Shown here piece by piece: positions 23,411 to 32,648 of a DNA stretch of 40,063 nt. This DNA is from Oscillospiraceae bacterium (GTDB taxonomy: Bacteria; Bacillota; Clostridia; Oscillospirales; Acutalibacteraceae), in contig JAITNG010000028.1 of NCBI GenBank assembly GCA_031290595.1, positions 1 to 40,063 on the forward strand, written 5' to 3'. Position 1 is the first letter of the stretch; the number at the start of each line of letters is the position of its first letter. A program made the position numbers and the translations under genes. Under the pieces are notes generated by a model. That model searched no databases, was not told the origin of the DNA, and saw only the letters and a program-made list of their open reading frames with translations.

Positions 23411-23451
23411 AGAAAAAAGCCGCCCTGCCCCCGTGGAAGGGGGAGGGCGGC
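23411..23451 (-). terminator. Rho-independent terminator of the secreted-protein operon
   Basis: On the minus strand: GCCGCCCTCCCCC-TTCCAC-GGGGGCAGGGCGGC followed by TTTTTT. Confidence 0.85.
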
Positions 23452-23467
23452 TTTTGCAATGTTTGGT

Positions 23468-23782
23468 TTAGCTGAAGAGCGAGGTGATGATGAAGTTCAC
23501 CGCCGTTGCAAGCCCCTGGGAAAGCAGAACGAAGCCGTTCTTATAGAGCAAATCGAAGATGGGGTAAAAGACCTTCCAGAAGCTCTCGAACTGGTCTGCC
23601 CATTCCGGCCGGGTAACGCCCGGTTCGGTGGTTTCTGTGGATGGTACGGTGAGGTCGTCGTCGGCTGCATCCAGGGCAAGCGCCGCTTGTTGTTTTTCGA
23701 CGCCGGTGGCATAGACCACGGCGGTCATGACGCTCAACAGAGCGAGGATGCTCAGAACAGCTGCCAGGATTTTCTTAACCAT
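23468..23782 (-). CDS. Small secreted or membrane-associated hypothetical protein, 104 aa
   Basis: The ATG at 23782 follows AAGGAGGA. The N-terminal signal or anchor is MVKKILAAVLSILALLSVMTAVVYA, and the C-terminus is hydrophobic. It starts 33 nt after the 528-aa gene. Confidence 0.6.
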   Translation of the reverse strand: MVKKILAAVLSILALLSVMTAVVYATGVEKQQAALALDAADDDLTVPSTETTEPGVTRPEWADQFESFWKVFYPIFDLLYKNGFVLLSQGLATAVNFIITSLFS

Positions 23783-23815
23783 TTGCTGATTCCTCCTTAA
23801 AAAGATTACCACGGA

Positions 23816-25402
23816 TCAAAAGAGTTTGAGGCCAAAGATTTCGAGGATCGCGAGCAGATCCACGTTGGTCACTTCACGAATCCAATCGGCGAAGGGCAGC
23901 AGCCATGCGAGCAGGCCGTTGAGCAAATCGCCGGCATGGGGGATGGGATCGCCGAATTCGTCATTCAGGCCGCCCAGCACCGTCGCCCAGCGCTCCAGGC
24001 GCGTCTTCAGCCAATCCCAGGTGCGAACCGGCGCTGCGGGGCTATAGACCGGGAAGGGGTTGCTTGGGTCGGCCTTCCACTGCGCTTCCAAGGTGATTTC
24101 GTAGTTGTTGTAGGGTTCCAGGGCGGAATAGGCGCCCTCACGCTGACCCGCGACGATGTCGGGGGAGTTGGTAACACCAGCATTGTTGGTGATGCCAACG
24201 ATGCGCCAGCCGTCAAAGATCGCTTGCCCGGTGCCGTTGACGCCCTTGTATTCGCAAGCATAGTCGATGGTGATCAGTTCATCCAGCACCGCCGTGTTGG
24301 TAAGCAGGCCATAAAATGTCACCGATCTCTGCGTATTCACGAGCTTGCCAGCTGTATCCAGATAAATGTCGCTAAGGAACGCATAGGAACTGGGCGGTGT
24401 GGGGAGAGCAGGGGGTATGGGGAGGGGCGGTGTGGGCGCCGTCCAGGTGTAAGGCAGCAACGGATAGCTGCCGTTGGCGTTCTTGTTGGGGATCGTAGTG
24501 CTGGTGTTGCCGGTGTAGACCAGCGGATAGGGCAGACGTTCGCCGGTGACCGGGTGATAGTAGTTCGCAGGCGCAAAACCCAGCGCTTTGCCGCCGATGC
24601 CGGGGACGGTCAGCGTGGTGTTATCCGCAATATTCGCCTGGAAGGGACTGCCGGCGAGGTAGCCAAAACGCCCCAGGGTGTAATAGGAGAACACCTGGGT
24701 GGTGCCGTCCTGAATGTAACTGGGGTCGTCTTCACCCACCTTGGCAAAGACGGTCTTTGTGCGGTCAAGCACGTTTGTGCCGGCACTGGCGGCGGGGAAC
24801 AACGCCTTGGTGAACAGGGGGTGATCCACGTCGTCCACTTTTTCGGTGACAACATCGCCGTTGGCGTCCACTTTTTCTGAGCCGTCGGCGTTGAGCACGG
24901 GCACCGTCTTTTTGGGGCTGTTGTATGTCTTGTTGTAAAAAGTGTTTTGCAGGGTGCCGGGCGTGAAGCGCAGGTTGACCCAGGCGATGGTGTCTTTCAC
25001 AAATGCGCCGTTGTTATACCCCGGACCGGTCAGACTGGTTTCAAACCAGCTGTTGGCCACAAAGGTGTCGCCCGGGTTGACGGTGAGGGTGGCGAACAGC
25101 GCTTCCACCCGTGGGGTGATCGAGGCCAGCTCCGCTTTATCCGCTTCATACTGTTCCTTGGCGGTATCCAGCACGACGGGGATGTTGACGGCTCTTTGCA
25201 GCGTATAGTAGCGGGAGAGCAGACTGTCCGGGTCGCTGGCGCTGCCGAGCTCCGCCAGCGCCGCTGTGTAAACCGCGTATTTGCCCGCCTCATCCTTGGC
25301 GGCAAAGAACGGCGCCCCTGCCGCAGAACCGCTGATTGCGAAGACGCCCATCGCCATCAACAGCGCCAACAGCAATGCGGTTAGCTTTTTGATTGACTTC
25401 AT
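23816..25402 (-). CDS. Secreted hypothetical protein, 528 aa, with signal peptide, Pro-rich linker and one Listeria-Bacteroides-repeat-like unit
   Basis: The signal peptide is MKSIKKLTALLLALLMAMGVFAISGSAAG. The linker is TAPTPPLPIPPALPTPPSS. The unit AIFDGW...YEITLEAQW is repeat-like. The C-terminus is amphipathic and hydrophobic. RBS AAGGAGGA precedes the ATG. Confidence 0.6.
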   Translation of the reverse strand: MKSIKKLTALLLALLMAMGVFAISGSAAGAPFFAAKDEAGKYAVYTAALAELGSASDPDSLLSRYYTLQRAVNIPVVLDTAKEQYEADKAELASITPRVEALFATLTVNPGDTFVANSWFETSLTGPGYNNGAFVKDTIAWVNLRFTPGTLQNTFYNKTYNSPKKTVPVLNADGSEKVDANGDVVTEKVDDVDHPLFTKALFPAASAGTNVLDRTKTVFAKVGEDDPSYIQDGTTQVFSYYTLGRFGYLAGSPFQANIADNTTLTVPGIGGKALGFAPANYYHPVTGERLPYPLVYTGNTSTTIPNKNANGSYPLLPYTWTAPTPPLPIPPALPTPPSSYAFLSDIYLDTAGKLVNTQRSVTFYGLLTNTAVLDELITIDYACEYKGVNGTGQAIFDGWRIVGITNNAGVTNSPDIVAGQREGAYSALEPYNNYEITLEAQWKADPSNPFPVYSPAAPVRTWDWLKTRLERWATVLGGLNDEFGDPIPHAGDLLNGLLAWLLPFADWIREVTNVDLLAILEIFGLKLF

Positions 25403-25472
25403 TCCAAAATTCCTCCTTAAAGTTTTCTATAGCCATATTGCCTGGCGGCACGCACCCGCCGGACTTACTTCT

Positions 25473-25501
25473 ATTTTACATGATTGAAACGGAAATTGCA
25501 A
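25473..25501 (-). promoter_or_regulatory. sigma70-type promoter TTGCAA-17-TAAAAT for the secreted-protein operon
   Basis: Read on the minus strand: TTGCAAtttccgtttcaatcatgTAAAAT. Confidence 0.55.
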
Positions 25502-25570
25502 GGGTTTATTCAAATTTTTTACTGGAAGTTGCCCGAACGGGGTGCGCGACGCTTTTCCATGCGCCGCCCG

Positions 25571-25595
25571 GCAAATTGCACAAGCAGCAATTTGC
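25571..25595. promoter_or_regulatory. Perfect 9-bp inverted repeat GCAAATTGC-N7-GCAATTTGC; a candidate operator in the divergent intergenic region
   Basis: Read directly. It lies between the secreted-protein operon promoter and the cdaR-like promoter. Confidence 0.3.
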
Positions 25596-25721
25596 ATAAG
25601 AACTGCCGCTGTTTTTCGTTCATCCTGGCCAAGGAAAATTTATTTTTGTAAGATTTGCCAGCCAATAACTGTGAAAAGGAACAGAATTTGACGCAACAAA
25701 AAATTATTTTTCATTTTACTC

Positions 25722-25750
25722 TTGCATTATGCTGAAAAATCGTGTACAAT
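25722..25750 (+). promoter_or_regulatory. sigma70-type promoter TTGCAT-17-TACAAT for the CdaR-like regulator gene
   Basis: Read directly. It lies about 60 nt upstream of the ATG at 25811. Confidence 0.6.
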
Positions 25751-25810
25751 ATATACAATCTTGAAAAAGATGCCATAAAGAATTGCAAGGGGAAAAGGAG
25801 GACGTTGTGC

Positions 25811-26896
25811 ATGTCCAACCGATTGTTTCAGGGTATTATCCACCAGATTTCCGGCTCCGTTGACCGCATGGTCGGCGTGGTGGATGAAAACGGGGAGATC
25901 ATTGCCTGTAGCGAAACCGGGCGCCTGGGCGAAACTTACCCCGGCGAACTTACGCTTGCCTTTGGTGCGCAGGAAGCGGCGAGCATCGGCAACTGCACCT
26001 TTTGCAAACTCGAAGGCGTCCCCGGCAACCAGTTCGCCGTCTTTATTGACGGCACTGACGAAGCGGCGGCGCGCTACGCATCCCTGTGCGCTGTGACCCT
26101 GGGCAGCGTGGAACAGTTTGCGGGCGAGCGCTTTGACCGCGCCAACTTCATCAAAAACGTCATCCTCGATAACATCCTCCCCGGGGATGTGTATTTGCGC
26201 ACGCGCGAGCTTCACTTCAACAACGAAGCGCCGCGGGCGGTGCTTTTGATCCGCATGAGCGAAAGCTGCGAGGTTTCGGTCTTTGAAACCGTGCGCTCCC
26301 TCTTCCCGGATCACAGCAAGGATTTCGTCATCAGCGTCAGCGAAACGGACATTGCCCTGGTCAAGGAAGTCCGCGCAAGCATGGATGCGCGGGATCTTGA
26401 AAAACTGGCGCGTTCCATCGCGGATGCGGTCAGCACCGAATTTTACAGCCAGCCCACCATCGGCATCGGTTCCACCGTGTTGAGCATCCCGGAACTCGCC
26501 GCCTCCTATAAGGAAGCCCAGGTTTCGCTGGAAGTCGGCAAGGTGTTCGACACCGAAAAGAAGATCATCAGCTACGATTACCTGGGCATCGCCCGGTTGA
26601 TCTATCAATTGCCCAAGCGCCTTTGCGGCATGTTCCTCCAGGAAGTCTTTAAGCGCGGCACCATCGATAGCCTGGATCAGGAAACGCTGTTCACCATCCA
26701 GAAGTTCTTTGAAAACAACCTCAATGTTTCTGAAACCTCGCGCAAGCTCTTCGTCCACCGCAACACCCTGGTCTACCGGCTCGAAAAGATTAAGAAGCTC
26801 ACGGGGCTGGATCTGCGCGAATTCGACGACGCCATCGTCTTCAAAGTGGCGCTGATGGTGAAGAAGTATCTGGACGCCAGACCTACGCGTTATTAA
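25811..26896 (+). CDS. CdaR/PucR-family transcriptional regulator (sugar-diacid-regulator-like)
   Basis: The N-terminal part, VGVVDENGEIIACSETGRLGETYPG, resembles the diacid-recognition domain. The C-terminal HTH is NLNVSETSRKLFVHRNTLVYRLEKIKKLTGLD. The ATG at 25811 follows AAGGAGGA. Confidence 0.8.
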   Translation: MSNRLFQGIIHQISGSVDRMVGVVDENGEIIACSETGRLGETYPGELTLAFGAQEAASIGNCTFCKLEGVPGNQFAVFIDGTDEAAARYASLCAVTLGSVEQFAGERFDRANFIKNVILDNILPGDVYLRTRELHFNNEAPRAVLLIRMSESCEVSVFETVRSLFPDHSKDFVISVSETDIALVKEVRASMDARDLEKLARSIADAVSTEFYSQPTIGIGSTVLSIPELAASYKEAQVSLEVGKVFDTEKKIISYDYLGIARLIYQLPKRLCGMFLQEVFKRGTIDSLDQETLFTIQKFFENNLNVSETSRKLFVHRNTLVYRLEKIKKLTGLDLREFDDAIVFKVALMVKKYLDARPTRY

Positions 26897-26917
26897 GTAA
26901 ATTAATATTATATATAT

Positions 26918-26954
26918 AAAATGCCGGGTGGATGATTCCGCCCAATGGCATTTT
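26918..26954 (+). terminator. Probable terminator after the regulator gene
   Basis: AAAATGCC-GGGTGG-ATGATT-CCGCCC-AAT-GGCATTTT, a composite stem that ends in TTTT. Confidence 0.55.
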
Positions 26955-27048
26955 GTGCAGGGGATTTTTTACATTTACTGGGAATTCCCCCTTGCCTGTT
27001 CTTTCATTTTTGATTTCTTGCGAAAAAAGAAAGGTGTTGTCGAAAAAA

Positions 27049-27840
27049 ATGATCGACTTTCGCGATGTTACAAAAGAATATCCCAACGGAACCGTTGCCT
27101 TGCGGCGTGTTTCGCTGCACATTGCGCCGCGTGAATTTGTCTTTGTCGTCGGCGCTTCGGGCGCGGGCAAAAGCACCTTCCTCAAGCTGTTGTTGCATGA
27201 GGAGATCCCAACCGGCGGCACCATCCGGGTGGGGCGCTTTGAGCTGAGTAGCCTCAAGCCCAGGCAGATCCCCCTCTTCCGGCGGCAGATGGGCGTGGTG
27301 TTTCAGGATTTCCGCCTGATCAGCTCCATGGATGTATACGACAACATCGCCTTTGCCATGCGCGTTGTGGGCGCGAAGGAAAAAGCGATCCGTGAACGCG
27401 TGGCATATTTGCTCCAGCTGGTGGGCTTATCGCAAAAGGCGCAAAGCAACCCGAGCGAGCTTTCCGGCGGGGAACAGCAGCGGGTGGCCATCGCCCGTGC
27501 GCTGGCCAACAAGCCCGATTTGATCATCGCCGATGAACCCACCGGCAACATTGACCCTCGCATGAGCCAGGAACTGGTGGAGCTGTTCATGCGCCTCAAC
27601 GAAGTCGGCACCACGGTGGTGATGGTCACCCACGCCCACGATTTGGTGCGGCACTACAACAAGCGCGTGATCATCCTGGAAAACGGCGCGGTCGCCGCCG
27701 ACGGCGGGTTGAAGCAAGCGCCCCCCGCAAGGCCGCAAGCCCCGCCGCCAACGCCCAGGCCCCCCGCCCAACCCCTGCGTGTGAACACCCCCCCGGCCAC
27801 CCCGGAAGACACGTTTTTGCAAATCTGGGATAATGCATAG
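27049..27840 (+). CDS. ftsE: Cell-division ABC ATPase FtsE with a Pro-rich C-terminal extension, 263 aa
   Basis: It has Walker [10 protein letters not shown], signature LSGGEQQR and Walker [10 protein letters not shown]. The N-terminus [14 protein letters not shown] is typical of FtsE. The ATG at 27049 follows AGAAAGGTG. Confidence 0.93.
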   Translation: MIDFRDVTKEYPNGTVALRRVSLHIAPREFVFVVGASGAGKSTFLKLLLHEEIPTGGTIRVGRFELSSLKPRQIPLFRRQMGVVFQDFRLISSMDVYDNIAFAMRVVGAKEKAIRERVAYLLQLVGLSQKAQSNPSELSGGEQQRVAIARALANKPDLIIADEPTGNIDPRMSQELVELFMRLNEVGTTVVMVTHAHDLVRHYNKRVIILENGAVAADGGLKQAPPARPQAPPPTPRPPAQPLRVNTPPATPEDTFLQIWDNA

Positions 27841-27902
27841 GTTTTGCAACAGGCCGTTGCAAAAATGCAGAAAATCTTTATTACTTAAAAAGAGGTGATC
27901 CG

Positions 27903-28832
27903 ATGCGTGGCAACGGTGGGCGGGTGTTTTTGACCCGCATGGGGCTGCACAATATCCGCGTCAACAAAACGATGAGCATCGCTTCGGTGCTGGTGCTGAT
28001 TTCGTGCCTGATGCTCATGGGCCTGGTGTTTATGGCGGCAATCAATCTCAACGAGATGCTTGCGCAGTTCAGTTCGCGCAACGTCATCATGGTTTACCTC
28101 AGCGACGGCGTGACCGAGCCGGAGCGCGAGAGCCTTGAGCGCCAGATCATGCGGCTGGAAAATGTGCAGGGCTGCATCTATATATCCAGCGAAGAGGCCT
28201 ATGAAAAAATAGCCGCCGGCCAGGATTTTTCAGTGCTCGACGGCATCCAAAAGGATTTTATGCCGGAAAGTTTTGAAGTCACGCCGCTTTCGATGGCGGA
28301 ATTTGATGAAACAGTCGCGCAGCTGGAAGGACTTGGCAGCACGGTGCAACGGGTGCGGCACTTCCAGGGGGTTGCGCGGCAACTTTCGGCGCTTGAACGG
28401 GCGCTGACCATCGTCGGCGCTGCGGTGATCGGGGTGCTGCTGGTGGTTTCGGTGTTCATTATTTCCGGCACGGTGCGGGCGACGATGTATTCCCGCCAGC
28501 AGGAAATCAAGGTGATGAAGAGCGTGGGCGCCGCGCCGTCGTTCATCCGCTGGCCATTTTTGGTGGAAGGCGTCGCGCTGGGGGTCGTCGGCTCCCTGGC
28601 GGCGATGGGGCTTGTGTTCGTCCTCTACCTCGCCCTGGCACAGGCGCTGGAACCGCTGCTGAGCAGCTTGCTCACCGGCTTTACGCTGGTGCCGTTCGGG
28701 CAATATCTAAAATACCTGCTGCCGGGCTTCCTCGGCGTCGGTCTGCTCACGGGCGGCGGCGGCAGTATGTTTTCCATCACACGGTATTTAAAGGAGAAGG
28801 TGTATGAGAATTCAGAACTGGAAGCGGCATAG
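27903..28832 (+). CDS. ftsX: Cell-division permease-like protein FtsX
   Basis: It has an N-terminal TM segment, a large extracellular loop and three C-terminal TM segments. It lies immediately downstream of ftsE, with RBS AGAGGTGA. Confidence 0.88.
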   Translation: MRGNGGRVFLTRMGLHNIRVNKTMSIASVLVLISCLMLMGLVFMAAINLNEMLAQFSSRNVIMVYLSDGVTEPERESLERQIMRLENVQGCIYISSEEAYEKIAAGQDFSVLDGIQKDFMPESFEVTPLSMAEFDETVAQLEGLGSTVQRVRHFQGVARQLSALERALTIVGAAVIGVLLVVSVFIISGTVRATMYSRQQEIKVMKSVGAAPSFIRWPFLVEGVALGVVGSLAAMGLVFVLYLALAQALEPLLSSLLTGFTLVPFGQYLKYLLPGFLGVGLLTGGGGSMFSITRYLKEKVYENSELEAA

Positions 28833-30177
28833 CGCGTGGCTCCGGCGCGCGGTTGCGTTGCTGCTGGCGCTGGCGCTGCTCACCGGCGCTGCGCTGCTGC
28901 CTTCCGGCGCCGCGCAGACCAAGGAAGAGCTGGAACAGAAAAAAGAGGAAGTCGAAGACCGCATCCAGCAGCGCGAAGAGGAGATTGCCCAGCTCAAAAA
29001 AGACAAGGTGGAGCAGGAAAAGCTGATCAGCGTACTGGCGGCGCAGGTGAAGGCAATTGAAGAAAAGGCGGCACTGATTGACGGGGAGATCAGCTCAATC
29101 AACGCCTCCATCGGGCAGCTGCGCACGCGCATCGATGCGCTGAACCTGCAAATCAACGACTGCCGCAGCACCATTGCACGCATCCAGGGCGAAACCGACG
29201 GCAAGCGCAGCCAGATTGCCGAAATGCAGCAACAGCTCCAGCAACGGCTCCGGCAGCAATACATGGACGGCCCCGTTTCCAACCTCCAACTGCTGCTTTC
29301 CAGCCCCGATCTTTCCAGCTTTTTGACCATGGCGGAATATATACGCGCCCAGGCGGAGCGCGACGCGACGCTGCGCAGCGCGCTTGAAAGCGATATGGCC
29401 GACCTGCTGCGGCTCGAAAAAGAGCAGGAACAGCAACAGGCGACGCTGGAAACCATGCGCGGCACGCTGGAACAGGAAACCGACGCGTGGAACTTCCAGC
29501 TCACAGAGCAAAAGCGTGCCAAAAAGGAACTTGAAGCCCAGCACGGGCGCATCAGCGACGCGCAAACGGAGCTGTTTACCATCATCAACAGCCTGCAAAA
29601 GAAGACCGAAGAGGCGCAGCGCCTGTTGGCCGAAGACCGCCGGGCGGCGGAAAAATTTGAGGATATGCTTGACGCATTGCTCAACGAAAAGAAGCAGAAC
29701 GGCACCATCAAGCCCGATAACCTCCCGATTGCCGAGGGCAAGATGATTTGGCCCGTCCCCAGCAGCGCGTGCTACATCAGCAGCGAATTTGGCGACACGC
29801 AAAACCGTTCGTACCCCCACATGGGGCTGGATATTTCCGCCAGCGGCGCAAACACCAAGGATTACCCGATCCAGGCGGCGCTCGACGGCGAAGTGGTGGA
29901 TTTTGGCTACAACAGCTCCAAGGGAAATTACGTTGTGCTCTACCACGGCTACTACGAACCCATGGGCAAGGAGATCCGCGCGACCTATATGCACCTGCGC
30001 TCCATCGATGAATCCATTCAGGATGGCGCAAAAATCAAGGTGGGCAAGGTGATTGGCATCATGGGGCAGACGGGCAACGCCACAGGCTCGCACCTGCACT
30101 TCCAAATCAACGAAATCGGTTCCGACGGCAAATCCACGCCGGTGAACCCGCTGAAGTATGTGAAGAACCCCTACTGA
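28804..30177 (+). CDS. Coiled-coil M23 peptidoglycan metalloendopeptidase (EnvC/PcsB-type FtsEX partner)
   Basis: A signal peptide is followed by a long Gln/Glu/Leu coiled coil. The C-terminal M23 motifs are HMGLDI (HxxxD) and GNATGSHLHFQI (HxH). It overlaps the end of ftsX by 29 nt. Confidence 0.9.
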   Translation: MRIQNWKRHSAWLRRAVALLLALALLTGAALLPSGAAQTKEELEQKKEEVEDRIQQREEEIAQLKKDKVEQEKLISVLAAQVKAIEEKAALIDGEISSINASIGQLRTRIDALNLQINDCRSTIARIQGETDGKRSQIAEMQQQLQQRLRQQYMDGPVSNLQLLLSSPDLSSFLTMAEYIRAQAERDATLRSALESDMADLLRLEKEQEQQQATLETMRGTLEQETDAWNFQLTEQKRAKKELEAQHGRISDAQTELFTIINSLQKKTEEAQRLLAEDRRAAEKFEDMLDALLNEKKQNGTIKPDNLPIAEGKMIWPVPSSACYISSEFGDTQNRSYPHMGLDISASGANTKDYPIQAALDGEVVDFGYNSSKGNYVVLYHGYYEPMGKEIRATYMHLRSIDESIQDGAKIKVGKVIGIMGQTGNATGSHLHFQINEIGSDGKSTPVNPLKYVKNPY

Positions 30178-30189
30178 GTTGCTTTTGCG

Positions 30190-30220
30190 CCCGGTTGGCT
30201 TTCAAAGCCAACCGGGTTTG
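30190..30220 (+). terminator. Rho-independent terminator of the ftsEX-M23 operon
   Basis: CCCGGTTGGCT-TTCAA-AGCCAACCGGG followed by TTT. Confidence 0.75.
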
Positions 30221-30307
30221 ATTGTATTTTTCCCTTGCATTTTGCTGCGTTTCGTGGTAGTATTAGGCTACGCGAATCAACATAATAGGGAAAGAGGTTC
30301 ATTTGCT

Positions 30308-31135
30308 ATGAAACTTGGCATTATTTCCGGCTGGGAAGAGAAGGATTTCCAACAGGTGCGCGGTTATGGCCTGCGCTATGCGGAGTTCTGCATCAATGTG
30401 GGGACGGATGCGAAACCCATTGCCGCCCGGGCGGAGGAGATCAGGGGCTATTCCGTCGCCAGCGGCGTGCAGGTGTCTTCCATCGGTCGCTGGGGCACCA
30501 ACCGCATCCTGGAAGACGGCAGCTTCAACACCCCGGAATATGAGAACGACCTGGCGCTGATTGACCTTGCCGCCGCCCTGGGCTGCCCGGTGTTCACCTG
30601 CGGCTGCAACCCGGTCAAAGGGATCCCCTTTGACCAGAATGCGGCATTTGCCATCGCCTACTTCCGCGCCCTGGTGGCATACGCCGCGCCCAAAGGGGTG
30701 GAGGTTGCGGTCTACAACTGCGATTGGAACAACCTGATCTATGACGAAAAGGGCTGGGACGCCGTGCTGCCGGAAGTGCCGGGGTTGGGGATCAAATACG
30801 ATACATCCCACTGCATCAACCGCGACGGCGACTTTTTGGCCGAAATGCTGGCCTACGGCAAAAACATCAAGCACTTTCACCTCAAGGGCACGGTGCGCAT
30901 CCATGGATGCAACGTCCCCGATCCGCCCGCCGGGATGGACGACATCCCCTGGGGCGTGGTGTTCGCGATCCTCTATGCACAGGATTACAAGGGCGTGTTG
31001 AGCATCGAACCCCATTCCGGCCTCTGGAGCCATGGCAAGCGCGGCGAATTCGGCATTCAGTTCACGATTGATTATATGAAAAAGTTCGTCCTGGAAGAGG
31101 ACGAAGACGACGGCAGCAAGCAATACATGCCGTGA
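30308..31135 (+). CDS. Sugar phosphate isomerase/epimerase (xylose-isomerase-like TIM barrel) family protein
   Basis: It is 275 aa from the ATG at 30308 (MKLGIISGW...). The features IKHFHLKG and SIEPHS are typical of the AP_endonuc_2 fold. The track start at 30179 runs through the upstream terminator. Confidence 0.65.
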   Translation: MKLGIISGWEEKDFQQVRGYGLRYAEFCINVGTDAKPIAARAEEIRGYSVASGVQVSSIGRWGTNRILEDGSFNTPEYENDLALIDLAAALGCPVFTCGCNPVKGIPFDQNAAFAIAYFRALVAYAAPKGVEVAVYNCDWNNLIYDEKGWDAVLPEVPGLGIKYDTSHCINRDGDFLAEMLAYGKNIKHFHLKGTVRIHGCNVPDPPAGMDDIPWGVVFAILYAQDYKGVLSIEPHSGLWSHGKRGEFGIQFTIDYMKKFVLEEDEDDGSKQYMP

Positions 31136-31149
31136 TAGGATAGGGTACT

Positions 31150-32160
31150 ATGAAAAGAACGTGCAAACAAATCATATCCCTCTGCCTGGCGGCGCTGCTG
31201 TGCATCCCGCTGGCGCTGTGCGCTGCGGCTGCGCAGCAAAAAGCGCCCATGGATGTGGTGTTCCTCATCGATAGCAGCGGCTCCATGGAAGACATTTTTC
31301 CTTTGGCTGTGGAACAGCTGCGGGGGTATCTTACGGGGCTGGCGGCGAGCGAGGCGGCGGATTTCCGCTTTGCGCTGGTTGACTTTCGGGATTTCCCGGG
31401 CAAGACGACCTACGAAGAGGACTACCCCTACAAGGTGCAGGCGGATTTCACCGCGAACGTCGCTTCCCTTTCCATCGCCCTGGGTGCGCTGGATATTGGC
31501 TACGGCGGCGACCGGGAGGAATCCGTGTATTCCGCTTTGATTGACGGCCTTGGCGGCCTCAGCTGGCGCGAAGGCGCGGGGCGTGCCGCCGTGCTGATTG
31601 GCGACGCGCCCGCCCTGGATCCCGAAACCGAAACCGGCTACACCGCCGCCGCTGCGGCTGCCGCCCTGCAAACCCTGGGGGTGACGCTACACACCGTCAC
31701 CATCCTGCCGGATTGGGAGGAGGATCCCGCGCCGTTCGATAGCTTCCGGGCGCTGGCCGACGCCACGGGCGGCCAGGCGGTGCTGCTGCCGGCGGCGGGC
31801 GGTCTGTTGGACGTGCTGCTGGAACAGGCGCGCAGTCTGCCGTTGCCGAAGCCGGAGCCGCCCGACCCGCCGCCGTATGCGCCGAACCTTGATTTGCCCG
31901 CCAGCATCACCATTTACCGCAAAGAAGCCTGCAACATATTCAGGGGAACCCCGGCTGTGCGCTGGGAAAGTTCAGACCCCACTGTGCTGGCCATCGATAA
32001 CAGCGGGCAGATCCAATACCAGTTCGCCAAAACCGGCGCCGTGAAAATCAGGGGCTACGACGCAAACAATAACAAGCTGGCTGAAACACAGGTAAAAGTC
32101 GAATGGCAGTGGTGGCAATGGATATTGGTCATCCTGCTGCTGGGCTGGCTGTACCTGTGA
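31150..32160 (+). CDS. Cell-surface vWA-domain protein with a Big_2-like domain and a C-terminal TM anchor
   Basis: It has a signal peptide and the MIDAS motif DSSGSM. VRWESSDPTVLAIDNSGQI...VKV is Big_2-like. The C-terminal helix is WQWILVILLLGWLYL. Confidence 0.75.
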   Translation: MKRTCKQIISLCLAALLCIPLALCAAAAQQKAPMDVVFLIDSSGSMEDIFPLAVEQLRGYLTGLAASEAADFRFALVDFRDFPGKTTYEEDYPYKVQADFTANVASLSIALGALDIGYGGDREESVYSALIDGLGGLSWREGAGRAAVLIGDAPALDPETETGYTAAAAAAALQTLGVTLHTVTILPDWEEDPAPFDSFRALADATGGQAVLLPAAGGLLDVLLEQARSLPLPKPEPPDPPPYAPNLDLPASITIYRKEACNIFRGTPAVRWESSDPTVLAIDNSGQIQYQFAKTGAVKIRGYDANNNKLAETQVKVEWQWWQWILVILLLGWLYL

Positions 32161-32201
32161 TGCAAGCAAAAATAATAAATAATGGGTGGTAAGATATTCC
32201 G

Positions 32202-32648
32202 ATGTCTATCTTTCATCGTGAAAAAAAAGAAAAGGCGATTATCGTCGGCTGCGGGCGGCTGGGTTCGCAGCTGGCGGATTTGCTTTCGGATGAAAACCAG
32301 CACGTCACCATTCTGGACCGCGACGGCGCCGCCTTCCGCAAGCTCTCTTCCGCCTTTGGCGGCCTGGTGCTGGAAGGCGACGGCAGCGATTTTGATATGC
32401 TGGTGGAAGCCGGGGCGCATGATGCGACCATCCTCGCCGTGACGACCGATGACGACGATACCAACATCATGATCGGCCTGATGGGCAAGGAAATCCTGCA
32501 CATCGAAGCCGTCGTGGTCAGGCTCAACGATACCGCCAAAAAGGCGGCTATTGCGGATTCCGGCATTGCGGTGCTTTCGCCTTCCACCCTTTGCGTGGCG
32601 GAATTCCAGCGCTTGCTTGACGCCAGAAAGGGAGAGGGCGAAGCATGA
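32202..32648 (+). CDS. trkA: TrkA-N (RCK N-terminal, NAD-binding) domain protein, 148 aa
   Basis: It has the Rossmann motif IVGCGRLGSQLA and the potassium-transporter context. Confidence 0.8.
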   Translation: MSIFHREKKEKAIIVGCGRLGSQLADLLSDENQHVTILDRDGAAFRKLSSAFGGLVLEGDGSDFDMLVEAGAHDATILAVTTDDDDTNIMIGLMGKEILHIEAVVVRLNDTAKKAAIADSGIAVLSPSTLCVAEFQRLLDARKGEGEA

